Positions 1 through 10,635 are shown, numbered from the stretch's first letter. The stretch is DNA of 32,000 nucleotides from Halomicrobium mukohataei DSM 12286 (GCF_000023965.1 NC_013202.1:390001-422000), one strand, 5' to 3'. Notes: a model not told the origin generated them from the letters alone. Program-made: numbers and translations.

Positions 1-228
1 ACCCCCGACCAGAAGGTAGCTAGCGGCACCGAACTCAACTGCCGACAAATGCCAGTGGACCAGCCACAGGGTTGCCCCAGACCCACCACCGACGATGATG
101 CTGTCGATGACGGACTGAAGGGTGGTCGAGACAGTTCCAGCAGGCAAGATATCGTTAGTTTTCTTTCTTATTTTTTCATATCCGACTAAGATCACGGCCC
201 AGAGCCCACCGACCCCGAACGCGCTCAT
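1..228 (-). CDS. partial CDS: N-terminus of a small membrane protein, continuing past the window start
   Basis: The minus-strand ATG at 228-226 opens the frame MSAFGVGGLWAVILVGYEKIRKKTNDILPAGTVSTTLQSVIDSIIVGGGSGATLWLV..., which stays open to position 1. It has hydrophobic stretches. It is missing from the ORF track because it is truncated by the window edge. Confidence 0.35.
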   Translation of the reverse strand, partial: MSAFGVGGLWAVILVGYEKIRKKTNDILPAGTVSTTLQSVIDSIIVGGGSGATLWLVHWHLSAVEFGAASYLLVGG

Positions 229-237
229 GGATTCGAT

Positions 238-266
238 CACAGTTCTATTTGCTCACAGTTCTATTT
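238..266. repeat. 13-nt direct repeat cacagttctattt x2 (238-250 and 254-266) in the promoter region of the partial minus-strand gene
   Basis: Read directly from the sequence. On the minus strand each unit reads aaatagaactgtg, which contains a TATA-like AAATAG. The units lie about 20-40 nt upstream of the ATG at 228. Confidence 0.4.
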
Positions 267-343
267 TGCCTGCCGGAAACGTATATCCATTTGTCTGACA
301 GGCCGAAAATATCGTTCGAGCCGTGGTAGACAGTTTTTCTGGA

Positions 344-2281
<1,938 letters not shown>

Positions 2282-2398
2282 GTTCGACTGACTATCCAGT
2301 CAGGGGGTAAAACGGCGTCGGAACGATTCCGTCGTCCCGTCGTGGCTGTCCGTCGCGACCCTCGTCACCGCTGGCGAGTCGCGTCACGGAGTGAAGCG

Positions 2399-3034
2399 TC
2401 ACTCCCGGGCGTCGTCGACGGTCTCGCTCAGCCGACGGGTGGCCGCCGCGGGGTCGTCCGCGGCGGTGATCGCCGTGATGACCGCGACGCCGTCGGCACC
2501 CGCGTCGACCACCGGAGCGGCGTTGTCGGGCGTGATACCGCCGATGCCGACGACCGGGATCGAGACGGCGTCTACGATGGTCGCGATCCGCTCGGGGCCG
2601 ATCGCGTGCTCGTCGTCGTCGATGTCGTCCTTGCTCCCCGTCGCGTACACCGCGCCGACGCCCAGGTAGTCCGCACCGGCGGCCTCGGCGGCGACGGCGT
2701 CCTCGACGAACGAGACCGAGCGACCCAGGACGGCGTCCTCACCGAGCAGCTCACGGGCCACCGAGAGCGGGAGGTCGTCGTCGCCCAGATGAACGCCGTC
2801 GGCGTCGATCGCCCGGGCCAGATCGATCCTGTCGTTGACGATCAGCGGGACGCCGGCCGCGCGAGTCCGTTCGCGAACTCGACGGCCGATAGCGAGGCGC
2901 TCACGCGCGGTGAGATCCTTCTCTCGAAGCTGGACGACATCGACGCCGCCGTCGATCGCCGCCGAGACGATCTCGGGGGTCGACCGCCCGGCGGAGTGGC
3001 TGGCCTGCGTGACGAGGTAGACGCCGTAGTCCAT
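2399..3034 (-). CDS. thiE: thiamine-phosphate synthase
   Basis: ThiE-like motifs are present: VQLREKD, LIVNDRIDLA, DGVHLGDDD, GVGAVYATGSK and PVVGIGGI. The track ORF (to 3127) has a basic, non-protein-like N-extension, so I trimmed it to MDYGVYLVT (ATG at 3034-3032). Confidence 0.9.
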   Translation of the reverse strand: MDYGVYLVTQASHSAGRSTPEIVSAAIDGGVDVVQLREKDLTARERLAIGRRVRERTRAAGVPLIVNDRIDLARAIDADGVHLGDDDLPLSVARELLGEDAVLGRSVSFVEDAVAAEAAGADYLGVGAVYATGSKDDIDDDEHAIGPERIATIVDAVSIPVVGIGGITPDNAAPVVDAGADGVAVITAITAADDPAAATRRLSETVDDARE

Positions 3035-3143
3035 GTGGGTGGCGTCGACCTCGGGGAAGTCACCGCTTTCGTTCGTCCCCGGCGAGCAGCGACGCGGCGG
3101 CCGAAGATAAAGAGTCAAACGTGGCAATCGGCTGGGGCTCGAT

Positions 3144-4085
3144 ATGGACTCGCTGTGGGCGCTCGCGGCCGGCGTCGACCTCGATCTGCTGGGGCGGTTC
3201 GCCTACATGCTCGCGCTGGTGGCCGTCGGCTTCGGCGCGCGCCGCCTCGGAGTGCTCACGAACGATCGTAACGAGCGACTCGGACAGGTCGCCTTCTACG
3301 TTCTGTTGCCCGCGCTCGTCTTCTCCTCGACCTACGACAAGCGACTGGGCGAGCTGGTCTCGGTCGCGCTCGTGGCGGGACTGGTCGTCGTCATCGGGAC
3401 GCTGGTTGCCCTCTCGCTGGTGAGCAACCGCGGTGGCGACGACGACGTGCGCAGCGTGGCCGTGATCCAGTCGTACCACGGCAACTTCGGGTACTTCGGC
3501 GTGCCCGTCGTGGCGGCGACGCTGGGCTCGACCGCGGCGGCGACCGCGAGCATCATCCTCGGACTGGGGGCACTGATCCAGATTCCACTGACGATCCTCG
3601 TCCTCGTCCGGATCAACGAGACCGAGGCCGACTTCCTGGGGGAACTCCGGAACCTCGTGACGAACCCGATCTTGCTGACACTCGGCGTCGGTCTCGTCTT
3701 CGCGACGCTGCAACTGGACGTACCGACGGCCGCCGGGACCGGGCTCGACTGGCTGTCGACGCTCGCGCTCCCGGTCGCGCTGCTCGCGGTCGGGGGCTCG
3801 CTCGACCCGCGAGGTCCCGAGATTCCGCTGACTCGGACCGCCACGGTGGTCGGGCTGAAGGTGCTGGTGATGCCACTGATCGCGTGGCTCGTGTTCTCCG
3901 GGCTCGGAGCCGACGCGATGACGCGCAACGCCGCGCTCGTCATGTTCGGGGCTCCCACCGCCGTCTCCACGTACGTCTACGCCACGGAACTGGGCGGTGA
4001 CTCCGCGTTTGCCTCCGTCAACGTCTTCGCGACGACGGTCGCCTCGATCGTCTCGCTTTTCTTCCTGTTGCTGGTGATTACGTAG
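3144..4085 (+). CDS. AEC family (auxin efflux carrier-like) membrane transporter
   Basis: 313 aa with about 10 hydrophobic segments. The overall pattern matches the membrane transport protein/AEC family. It is divergent from thiE. Confidence 0.8.
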   Translation: MDSLWALAAGVDLDLLGRFAYMLALVAVGFGARRLGVLTNDRNERLGQVAFYVLLPALVFSSTYDKRLGELVSVALVAGLVVVIGTLVALSLVSNRGGDDDVRSVAVIQSYHGNFGYFGVPVVAATLGSTAAATASIILGLGALIQIPLTILVLVRINETEADFLGELRNLVTNPILLTLGVGLVFATLQLDVPTAAGTGLDWLSTLALPVALLAVGGSLDPRGPEIPLTRTATVVGLKVLVMPLIAWLVFSGLGADAMTRNAALVMFGAPTAVSTYVYATELGGDSAFASVNVFATTVASIVSLFFLLLVIT

Positions 4086-4136
4086 CTGCCGCGGGTGCCT
4101 GGGCCAGACGGAAGCGCCGATAGCGGATCGGACACC

Positions 4137-4625
4137 ACCCACTCACTGGCGGTTCAGATAAGAAATCAGGATCAGAAACTCGAAGCACCGAAAACCCTCG
4201 TCGCGCTCCGGCATTCTGTGACGGATATCTTCACTTCGTTCAGATAGTGCCGCCACAGAATGCCGGACCACGACTCGCCCTTTCATCCGCCAGGAGAGCA
4301 CGCTCTCCTGAGCCTGTGCTCACCCTGTTCGCACAGACGCCAGGATTCGGCCGTTGAACCGTCTAGACCCTGGTGGATGAAAGGGCGAGCGCTGCGTGAC
4401 GGCCTCGCCGTCACGTTATAGCCGGCCGGTCGAACCGGCCGGCCCTTGCGGGAACCCCGACGAAGGTGAGCCGAACGAAGAGAGGCGAACGTCGAGAGAG
4501 CTTGCTCTCTCGGAACAAGCACCGACTGGAGCGCAGCGAGTCGCGGGACCGCAACTGCGCGAGGGCTTTCGGTGTCTCCACCACTACGCTGACAGTCGCT
4601 TATCTGAACACTACTCACCCACTGG
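4137..4625. other. non-coding, hairpin-dense element: candidate ISH2-like MITE or structured ncRNA
   Basis: Perfect 11-bp terminal inverted repeats: gttcagataag (4152-4162) and cttatctgaac (4599-4609).
Flanking 13-nt imperfect direct repeats: acccactcactgg (4137-4149) and actcacccactgg (4613-4625), 11/13 identical.
Colinear long-range complementarity: 4186-4200 with 4560-4574 (14/15) and 4203-4209 with 4528-4534.
Local hairpins: 4208-4266 (13-bp stem), 4275-4388 (20-bp stem with one G-T/G.U), 4291-4310, 4396-4414, 4421-4443 (10-bp stem) and 4493-4512.
No protein-like ORF is present. Confidence 0.55.
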
Positions 4626-4663
4626 CCCGAAGGTATGTATGTCGTGGGCGTGGACGTTCGGAC

Positions 4664-5044
4664 ATGGTACTCGCTGGCCTCGTCGGATCGGTGGTAACGT
4701 TCCTCGTCAGCCTGCTGATCGGCGGGCTGGGCATCTACGTCGGTGCGAGAGTGATGACCGGCGACGGCGACTTCGAGCGGGCGGTGTGGACGGCGCTGTT
4801 TGCCGCGCTCGGCGTCGGCGTCGTCTCGCTGCTGGTCGGCTGGATCCCGCTGCTGGGTGGGCTCCTGGCGACGGTGCTGGGCTTCCTCGTCTACCTGGGC
4901 ATCATCAACTGGCGCTATCCCGGCGGGTGGATCGACGCGGCCGGGATCGCGCTGATCGCGTGGCTCGCGTCGGTCATCGTGTTGACGCTCGTCAGCCGGT
5001 TGCTACCGGGAGGCGTCGGCGCGCTCGGCGTCGCGGGCGTCTGA
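4664..5044 (+). CDS. small integral membrane protein (about 4 TM), hypothetical
   Basis: I trimmed the 4466 track ORF to MVLAGLVGSVVTFLV... (ATG 4664). The upstream 66 codons are basic and lie inside the structured element. The product is a 126-aa hydrophobic protein directly upstream of the M50 protease gene. Confidence 0.6.
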   Translation: MVLAGLVGSVVTFLVSLLIGGLGIYVGARVMTGDGDFERAVWTALFAALGVGVVSLLVGWIPLLGGLLATVLGFLVYLGIINWRYPGGWIDAAGIALIAWLASVIVLTLVSRLLPGGVGALGVAGV

Positions 5045-5119
5045 TCGCGCGACGAACGAAGCGGGGCGACCCGTTGTCGCGACCCAGACACGTATTACTG
5101 CGGAGCGACAGCTACCGGT

Positions 5120-6262
5120 ATGCGCTCGTTCAAAGTCGCTCAGGTGTGGGGGATTCCGATCAAGATCCACATCTCGTTGCTCGTCGTGTTGCCGCTGTTC
5201 GCGTGGCTGCTGGGCAGCGGTCAGCAGATCGAACTGTACGCCGGCCTCATCGAGGGGCTGACCGGAGCACCGCTCGACACGGACGCGCTCACCGTCGACG
5301 GCGCGATCCCCTGGATCATCGGCTCGGCCGCCGCCGTCGGCCTGTTCGCCAGCGTCGCCCTGCACGAGCTGGGCCACGCCTGGGCCGCGCTGCGCTACGA
5401 TCTGGAAGTCGAATCGATCACGCTGTGGATCCTGGGCGGTCTCGCCAGCCTCAGCGCGATCCCCCGCGAGTGGAACAAGGAGTTCTGGATCGCCGTCGCG
5501 GGGCCGGCCACCAGCGTGGTCACGGGACTGGCCTGCTACGGCGCGCTGTTCGTGATCCCGGCCTCCCAGCCGGTAGTCGTCTTCGTGGTCGGCTGGCTGG
5601 CGGTCACCAACGTCGTGCTCGCGGTGTTCAACATGGTCCCCGCGTTCCCGATGGACGGCGGCCGAGTCCTGCGAGCGCTGCTGGCCCGGAATCGATCCTA
5701 CGCCGGGGCGACGCGAACGGCGGCGACCGTCGGGAAGCTGTTCGCGATCCTCTTCGGTGCCGCCGGGCTGCTGGGCGGGTTCAATCCGATGCTCGTCCTG
5801 CTGGCGCTGTTCATCTACGGGGCCGCGAGCAGCGAGTCCCGGACCGTCGCGCTGGGTGATCTGCTAGAGGGGCTGACCGTCACCGACATGGCGGCCGCGC
5901 CCGACGCCACCATCGAGGCCGACGCCACGGTCTCGGAGCTGGTGACCCGCATGTTCGCCGACCGCCGCACCGAGTTCGCGGTCGTCGAGGACGGGGACGT
6001 GGTCGGCGTCATCAGCGGCAACGACTTCCGGGCGGTCGCACCCGAGGAGCGCGAGACGACGACCGTCGCCGACCTGATGGCGACGGACCTGCCGACCTTC
6101 GACGGCTCGATGTCGGCCTTCGACGCGCTCGTGGCACTCGATCAGGCGCGGGCCAGCGAGGCGTTCGTCACGACCCCAGAGGGGACCCGCGTCGTCTCGC
6201 GGACGGACTTCGCGTCGGCGATGGAGATGCGGAAAGTGCTCGGCCGGGGCGAGCCGCTGTAA
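5120..6262 (+). CDS. site-2 protease family (M50) zinc metalloprotease with C-terminal CBS pair
   Basis: It has the HExxH motif HELGHAW and the second metal-ligand motif NMVPAFPMDGGRVLRA. It has multiple TM segments and a C-terminal CBS-like tandem (VSELVTRMF...EFAVVEDGDVVGVIS...). Confidence 0.9.
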   Translation: MRSFKVAQVWGIPIKIHISLLVVLPLFAWLLGSGQQIELYAGLIEGLTGAPLDTDALTVDGAIPWIIGSAAAVGLFASVALHELGHAWAALRYDLEVESITLWILGGLASLSAIPREWNKEFWIAVAGPATSVVTGLACYGALFVIPASQPVVVFVVGWLAVTNVVLAVFNMVPAFPMDGGRVLRALLARNRSYAGATRTAATVGKLFAILFGAAGLLGGFNPMLVLLALFIYGAASSESRTVALGDLLEGLTVTDMAAAPDATIEADATVSELVTRMFADRRTEFAVVEDGDVVGVISGNDFRAVAPEERETTTVADLMATDLPTFDGSMSAFDALVALDQARASEAFVTTPEGTRVVSRTDFASAMEMRKVLGRGEPL

Positions 6263-6286
6263 GGGGTCCGATACTCGAAAGAGGCG

Positions 6287-7630
6287 TCACAGCGCGCGCC
6301 AGCGGTCGATCCCGCCACCGACGACCAGCACGAGACCCACCAGCGAGAATCCGAGGTGGGCCTCTCCGAACCAGAAGGGCGTCGACGGGACGGCCGCGCG
6401 CAACACCGTCATCCCCAGCGAGAGCCCGGGCACGTCCCCGCCCGGCGCGTCCGGCGTCGCCGTCGGCGTCCGACCGTCTGTCTCTCCCGCGGCCTCTCCG
6501 CCGGGGTAGCGCTGCCCGCCGACGCGCTCGCCCTCGGGCAACCGTTCGGCCTCGTAGGGGATTGGGGACGTGTCCGGTGTTTCCCTGCTCCAGACGACGG
6601 TGCCGTTCGGGCTGATCTCGAAGATGCGGGTGTTGAGCGTGTCGGTCACCAGCGTGTTGCCGTTCGACAGCCGGTCGGCGTCTCGGGGCCAGTCCAGCCG
6701 GATACCGCCCGCTCGCTCCAGGGTCCAGGCGGGCTCCCACTCGCCGCTCTCGGTCCGGTGGAGTTCGACGACGCGGTGGTTGTCGCTGTCGGCGACCAGC
6801 ACCGCGCCGTCGCCGAGCCACTGGGGATTGTGCTGGTGGTTCAACACGTCGGGGTCGCCACAGCGCACGTCGCCGTCGGCGTCGGGGACGAGCTGTTCGC
6901 CCCGGACGAGACAGCTGTCGTCGCTGCCGCCGCGGTCGGCGTTGATCACCTCGACGGCACCCGCGCCGCGCTCGACGACGACGAGCTGGTTCGCGTTGCG
7001 CACCGAGACGAGGTAGTGGCTCTCGTTGATCACGTCCACGTCGTTGACGTGGAGCCAGTCGCGGCGGGTCGGGTCCTCTGGGGCGGTGTACAGCTCGCTG
7101 GCTCGCCACTCCCAGGTCACCTCGCCGTTCCGGACGGCGACGAGGCGCTCGGCGTCCATGTCGGTCATGAGGTACTCGCCCGAGGGGAGTCGTTCCACGT
7201 CGTGGACCTCGCTGTTGCCCTGGCTGCGAACCGGGACGGCGTGCTCCGAGACGACCGTCGGACCGCCGTCGGCGTCGGGGTCGATGACCCGAAACCCGGT
7301 CTTCGTACAGGGCGTCTCGTAGGGACCACAGCCGTCCTCGTAGCCAGAGTGCATGAACCCGGCCATCACCGACCCGTTCGGGAGCATGGTCACGTCGAAG
7401 TAGCTGTCGGCGCTGTCCTCGCGCCAGGCGATCTCGTCGCTGTCGACCAGATAGACGCTGCCGTGGTCGTGCCAGCCGGTGCCACCGCCCTGTGAGCCGA
7501 CGAGCGTCTGTCGCTCGTCGCCGTCGGTCACGCTCCGGTCGGGCGCGGTCACGGCACCGACGGCGAGTGTGCCGACGATCACCAGCACGCCGAGGCCGAC
7601 GAGCGCGAGTCCGCGAGCCCTGCGGTCCAT
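6287..7630 (-). CDS. arylsulfotransferase (ASST)-like beta-propeller protein, membrane anchored (paralog 1)
   Basis: The protein has an N-terminal TM (LALVGLGVLVIVGTLAVGAV) and repeated propeller-like blocks (HDVERLPSGEYL, HNPQWLGDG, WPRDADRLSNGNTLV). It has a C-terminal hydrophobic segment. The family name is from memory. The start is either ATG 7630 (MDRRARG) or the track start at 7672. Confidence 0.75.
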   Translation of the reverse strand: MDRRARGLALVGLGVLVIVGTLAVGAVTAPDRSVTDGDERQTLVGSQGGGTGWHDHGSVYLVDSDEIAWREDSADSYFDVTMLPNGSVMAGFMHSGYEDGCGPYETPCTKTGFRVIDPDADGGPTVVSEHAVPVRSQGNSEVHDVERLPSGEYLMTDMDAERLVAVRNGEVTWEWRASELYTAPEDPTRRDWLHVNDVDVINESHYLVSVRNANQLVVVERGAGAVEVINADRGGSDDSCLVRGEQLVPDADGDVRCGDPDVLNHQHNPQWLGDGAVLVADSDNHRVVELHRTESGEWEPAWTLERAGGIRLDWPRDADRLSNGNTLVTDTLNTRIFEISPNGTVVWSRETPDTSPIPYEAERLPEGERVGGQRYPGGEAAGETDGRTPTATPDAPGGDVPGLSLGMTVLRAAVPSTPFWFGEAHLGFSLVGLVLVVGGGIDRWRAL

Positions 7631-7713
7631 TGGGTCGGCGTGCGCGGAGCGCGAGCAAAAGCGTTCCGCCACGGATCCGACAACAGTTAGATCCCCCCGG
7701 GAGTGGGTGAGGT

Positions 7714-8550
7714 ATGCTGCAAACGGTACCGGAGCTGTTCGTCCGAGTGGTGGGGACCGATCCGGTAATCCAGGGACTGGCCGGTGGGATCGTCATCGCC
7801 GCGATGAACCTCCTGGGAGCGTCGCTCGTGCTCGTGTGGCGCGATCCGTCGGAGCGGGCCTTGGACGGCGCGCTTGGCTTTGCCGCGGGCGTCATGCTGG
7901 CGGCGGCGTTCACGAGCCTCATCATCCCCGGCATCGAGCAGTACTCCGGCGGGGACCCGCTCCCGACGCTGGCCGGCGTCGTCCTCGGTGCCCTCTTTCT
8001 CGATCAGGCAGACCGGTTCGTCCCCCACGCCCACTACCTCCTGACCGGCAGCCGCCGGACCGACGCCGCGGACCCGACTGATCGGCTCCCCGCCGTCGAC
8101 GAGCGACTCGGCGCGGTCGTCCTGTTCGTGCTGGCGATCACGCTGCACAACATGCCGGAGGGACTGGCCGTCGGCGTGGGCTTTGGCTCGGGCAACGTCG
8201 AAGAGGCGATCCCGCTGATGATCGCGATCGGGATCCAGAACGTGCCCGAGGGGCTGGCCGTCTCCGTGGCCGCGATCAACGCCGGACTGGATCGTCGCGC
8301 CTACGCCGTCTTCGCCGGGATCCGGTCGGGCGTGGTCGAGATCCCCCTTGCGGTGATCGGAGCGGTCGCGGTCAGCGTCGTCGCACCGCTGCTCCCCTAC
8401 GCGATGGGCTTTGCCGCGGGCGCGATGCTGTTCGTCATCAGCGACGAGATCGTCCCCGAGACGCACACGCGAGGGTACGAGCGCGTCGCGACGCTGGGGA
8501 CGATGGCCGGCGTGGTCGTGATGCTGTACCTCGACATCGCGCTGGGATAG
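7714..8550 (+). CDS. ZIP family divalent metal (zinc/iron) transporter
   Basis: 278 aa and polytopic, with the ZIP signature helices HNMPEGLAVG and QNVPEGLAVS. Confidence 0.9.
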   Translation: MLQTVPELFVRVVGTDPVIQGLAGGIVIAAMNLLGASLVLVWRDPSERALDGALGFAAGVMLAAAFTSLIIPGIEQYSGGDPLPTLAGVVLGALFLDQADRFVPHAHYLLTGSRRTDAADPTDRLPAVDERLGAVVLFVLAITLHNMPEGLAVGVGFGSGNVEEAIPLMIAIGIQNVPEGLAVSVAAINAGLDRRAYAVFAGIRSGVVEIPLAVIGAVAVSVVAPLLPYAMGFAAGAMLFVISDEIVPETHTRGYERVATLGTMAGVVVMLYLDIALG

Positions 8551-8657
8551 TCGGACAGACTCGCCCGAGCGCCGACGGCGAGGGCTGCGAGCGTGACTCT
8601 CTGCCGTGCCGCGAGCGAGCCACGATGCTTTTGTAGCTGACCGGTGTGGGTCTACAC

Positions 8658-8831
8658 ATGGGATTTGGTAGCTACGACGAGTCCGAACAGAAGGATCAGG
8701 ACAACGACATCGACGAGGACGAGGCCGTCAACGTCCACAACAACGACCACGACGGCGACGTCAGCTTCGAGTCCGACGCCGATCAGGACGAGCTGATCGG
8801 CCGCCTCGACGAGATGCGCGACGAAGAGTAA
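8658..8831 (+). CDS. small highly acidic conserved haloarchaeal protein (resembles the family I remember as DUF5786)
   Basis: The sequence is MGFGSYDESEQKDQDNDIDEDEAVNVH...ELIGRLDEMRDEE. I prefer the ATG at 8658 over the GTG track start at 8646. A TATA-like gcttttgtag lies about 25-30 nt upstream. Confidence 0.7.
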   Translation: MGFGSYDESEQKDQDNDIDEDEAVNVHNNDHDGDVSFESDADQDELIGRLDEMRDEE

Positions 8832-8998
8832 AGACCGTTCTCACACTGTCGGCCGCCAGTCTGGGGCGACCGTCGCCATTCGGGCTGGCGACTATCGTGA
8901 CGCGACGACAGCCGACAGCCGCTGTCATCCGTCCGGGCGCGAGTTCGAGGGAGCCGAAAACCACAATCCATACCACACAGCCCCCGAGAGCTACCGGT

Positions 8999-9913
8999 AT
9001 GGAACTCGGTGTTATCGGACTCGGGCGGATGGGACGGATCGTCGTCGACAGGACACTCGCAGCCGGCCACGACGTGGTCGCGTTCGACATCTCCGGGGAG
9101 GCCGTCGCCGACGCGGCCGAGGCGGGCGCGACGCCGGCCGACTCGATCGCGGACGTGGCCGACCAGCTCGGCGCGGAGAAGCGCATCTGGCTGATGGTCC
9201 CGGCCGGCGACCCGATCGACGCCGCGCTGGACGAACTCGACGGACTGGTCGACGCCGACGACGTGATCGTCGACGGCGGCAACTCGAACTTCCACGACAC
9301 GCTCCGGCGCGCCGAGCGCACCGACGCCGCCTACGTCGACTGTGGCACCTCCGGTGGCCCCGCCAGCGCCGAAGACGGGTTCTCGCTGATGGTCGGCGGT
9401 CCAGAGTGGGCCTACGAGGCACTGGTACCGGTGTTCGACGCGGTCGCGACCGGACCGGCGGGCCACGACCGCATGGGTCCGACCGGCAGCGGCCACTACG
9501 TGAAGATGGTCCACAACGGCGTCGAGTACGCCCTGATGCAGGCCTACGGCGAGGGGTTCGAGCTGCTTGCCAACGGACGCTTCGACCTCGATCTCGAATC
9601 GGTCGCGCGCACGTGGAACAACGGCGCGGTCATCCGCTCGTGGCTGCTGGAACTCTGTGAGGAGGCCTTCCGCGAGGAGGGCACCGACCTCGGAGACGTG
9701 GCCGACCGCGTCGAGGGCGGCTCGACCGGCACCTGGACCGTCCAGGAGGCCCTCGAACAGGAGGTGCCGACGCCGCTGATCTACCAGGCGCTGGCCGAGC
9801 GGTTCTCGTCGCGATCGACCGACGGCGACGACCCCGGTCGCTTCGCCCGCCGGCTGGCCAACCGGCTCCGCTACGGGTTCGGTCGTCACGACGTGCCCCG
9901 CCGCGAGGAGTAA
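8999..9913 (+). CDS. gnd: 6-phosphogluconate dehydrogenase (decarboxylating)-like, short YqeC/GndA type
   Basis: It has a Rossmann motif GVIGLGRMGR and the conserved core HYVKMVHNGVEYALMQAYGEGFELL. I trimmed the track ORF from 8897 to MELGVIGLG. Confidence 0.88.
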   Translation: MELGVIGLGRMGRIVVDRTLAAGHDVVAFDISGEAVADAAEAGATPADSIADVADQLGAEKRIWLMVPAGDPIDAALDELDGLVDADDVIVDGGNSNFHDTLRRAERTDAAYVDCGTSGGPASAEDGFSLMVGGPEWAYEALVPVFDAVATGPAGHDRMGPTGSGHYVKMVHNGVEYALMQAYGEGFELLANGRFDLDLESVARTWNNGAVIRSWLLELCEEAFREEGTDLGDVADRVEGGSTGTWTVQEALEQEVPTPLIYQALAERFSSRSTDGDDPGRFARRLANRLRYGFGRHDVPRREE

Positions 9914-9952
9914 AGACCGGGACAGTGCAGTCGTGTACCGAGAGGCGGTGAG

Positions 9953-10417
9953 CTACGAGACCGTGACCGTTACCTCGTGGATCTCGTGGGCGGCCAGCGT
10001 CGAAGTCGTGTCCGGCCCGTCGTAGACGACGCTGATGCGGTCGCCCGGCTGTGTGTCGACGGTGATCGAGTCTCCGGCGACCACCTCGCCGTCGTCACCG
10101 CTGACGGCACCGCCGCCGTCGGCCCAACCGACGCTCCGCTCGGCGACGACGACCCTGAGCTGGCTCGCCGGGATCGAATCGCCCATCTCGTGACGGATCG
10201 TCGTCGTCGTTGTCGAGTCGTCGTAGTCGAAGTCGAACGACACCGTGGGTGTCGTCTGGGCGGCCTCGTCCCCGACGCCGAGGACGAACGACGCGAGCAC
10301 CGCCGCGAGAACGACCAACACCACGAGCAACACGGCCAAGAGGACGACGCCGACGGCCAGCCCGACCAGTATCTTGCCGCCGGTTCCGAGTTCGTTCCAC
10401 GACTCGCGTATTCCCAT
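9953..10417 (-). CDS. membrane-anchored hypothetical protein (N-terminal TM, Thr-rich linker, beta-rich ectodomain; archaeal pilin/DUF1628-like layout)
   Basis: 154 aa with a long N-terminal hydrophobic helix followed by TPTVSFDFDYDDSTTTTT. A TATA-like taaaata (minus strand) lies about 25 nt upstream of the ATG at 10417. Confidence 0.6.
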   Translation of the reverse strand: MGIRESWNELGTGGKILVGLAVGVVLLAVLLVVLVVLAAVLASFVLGVGDEAAQTTPTVSFDFDYDDSTTTTTIRHEMGDSIPASQLRVVVAERSVGWADGGGAVSGDDGEVVAGDSITVDTQPGDRISVVYDGPDTTSTLAAHEIHEVTVTVS

Positions 10418-10460
10418 ACAGTTGGTCCCGAGAGTTCCTATTTTAATTTTGCTTCTTATA

Positions 10461-10481
10461 GCGGCGTTTCAGCCGCTTTTT
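10461..10481 (+). terminator. GC hairpin plus T5 run (gcggc-gtttca-gccgc-ttttt)
   Basis: Seen directly in the sequence. It lies at the left border of the lower-GC islet, between the start of the pilin-like gene and the end of the small membrane gene. The transcript it serves is unclear. Confidence 0.3.
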
Positions 10482-10635
10482 GACAGTAGCTGGCAACCAC
10501 GAGAGGATGAGCCACACAAGATTGTCGAGACTCTGGCCGTCGGAGTGGGGTGCAGTGCTCCCCCTCACGCGAGGTGCTGGTAGCATCGGGGGCTTAAGAG
10601 CTCCCGACTCGCAAGCCCACCGAGGGGTACCCGTT

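Noticed and set aside
2399-3127. The longer track versions of several real genes: 2399..3127, 8897..9913, 20071..21129, 25042..25725, 26741..27625, 27776..28591, 29133..31133, 12042..14207 and 16970..18457.
   Set aside because: In each case the extra N-terminal residues are basic and low-complexity, and they overlap promoter elements or neighbouring genes. An internal start preceded by a TATA-like box at about -25 to -30 gives a protein that begins where family homology begins.
3035-3143. A TPP riboswitch in the thiE/AEC divergent intergenic region.
   Set aside because: I saw no recognisable TPP aptamer core (CUGAGA ... ACCUGA-type elements). From established knowledge, Halobacteria regulate thiamine genes with a protein regulator rather than riboswitches.
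4137-4625. RNase P RNA or SRP (7S) RNA as the identity of the structured intergenic element.
   Set aside because: I could not find the universally conserved RNase P CR-I motif (GGAAAGUCC) on either strand. I also could not find the SRP helix-8 GGAA-tetraloop context (..CCGGAAGG.AGC..). The length also fits SRP RNA poorly. The element is kept as an unclassified MITE or ncRNA candidate instead.
4466-4663. An in-frame 66-codon N-terminal extension of the 4664-5044 membrane protein (MSRTKRGERRESLL...).
   Set aside because: The extension is strongly basic, unlike the acidic proteome of this window. It is made of the hairpin/palindrome sequence of the structured element. A normal hydrophobic N-terminus begins at ATG 4664.
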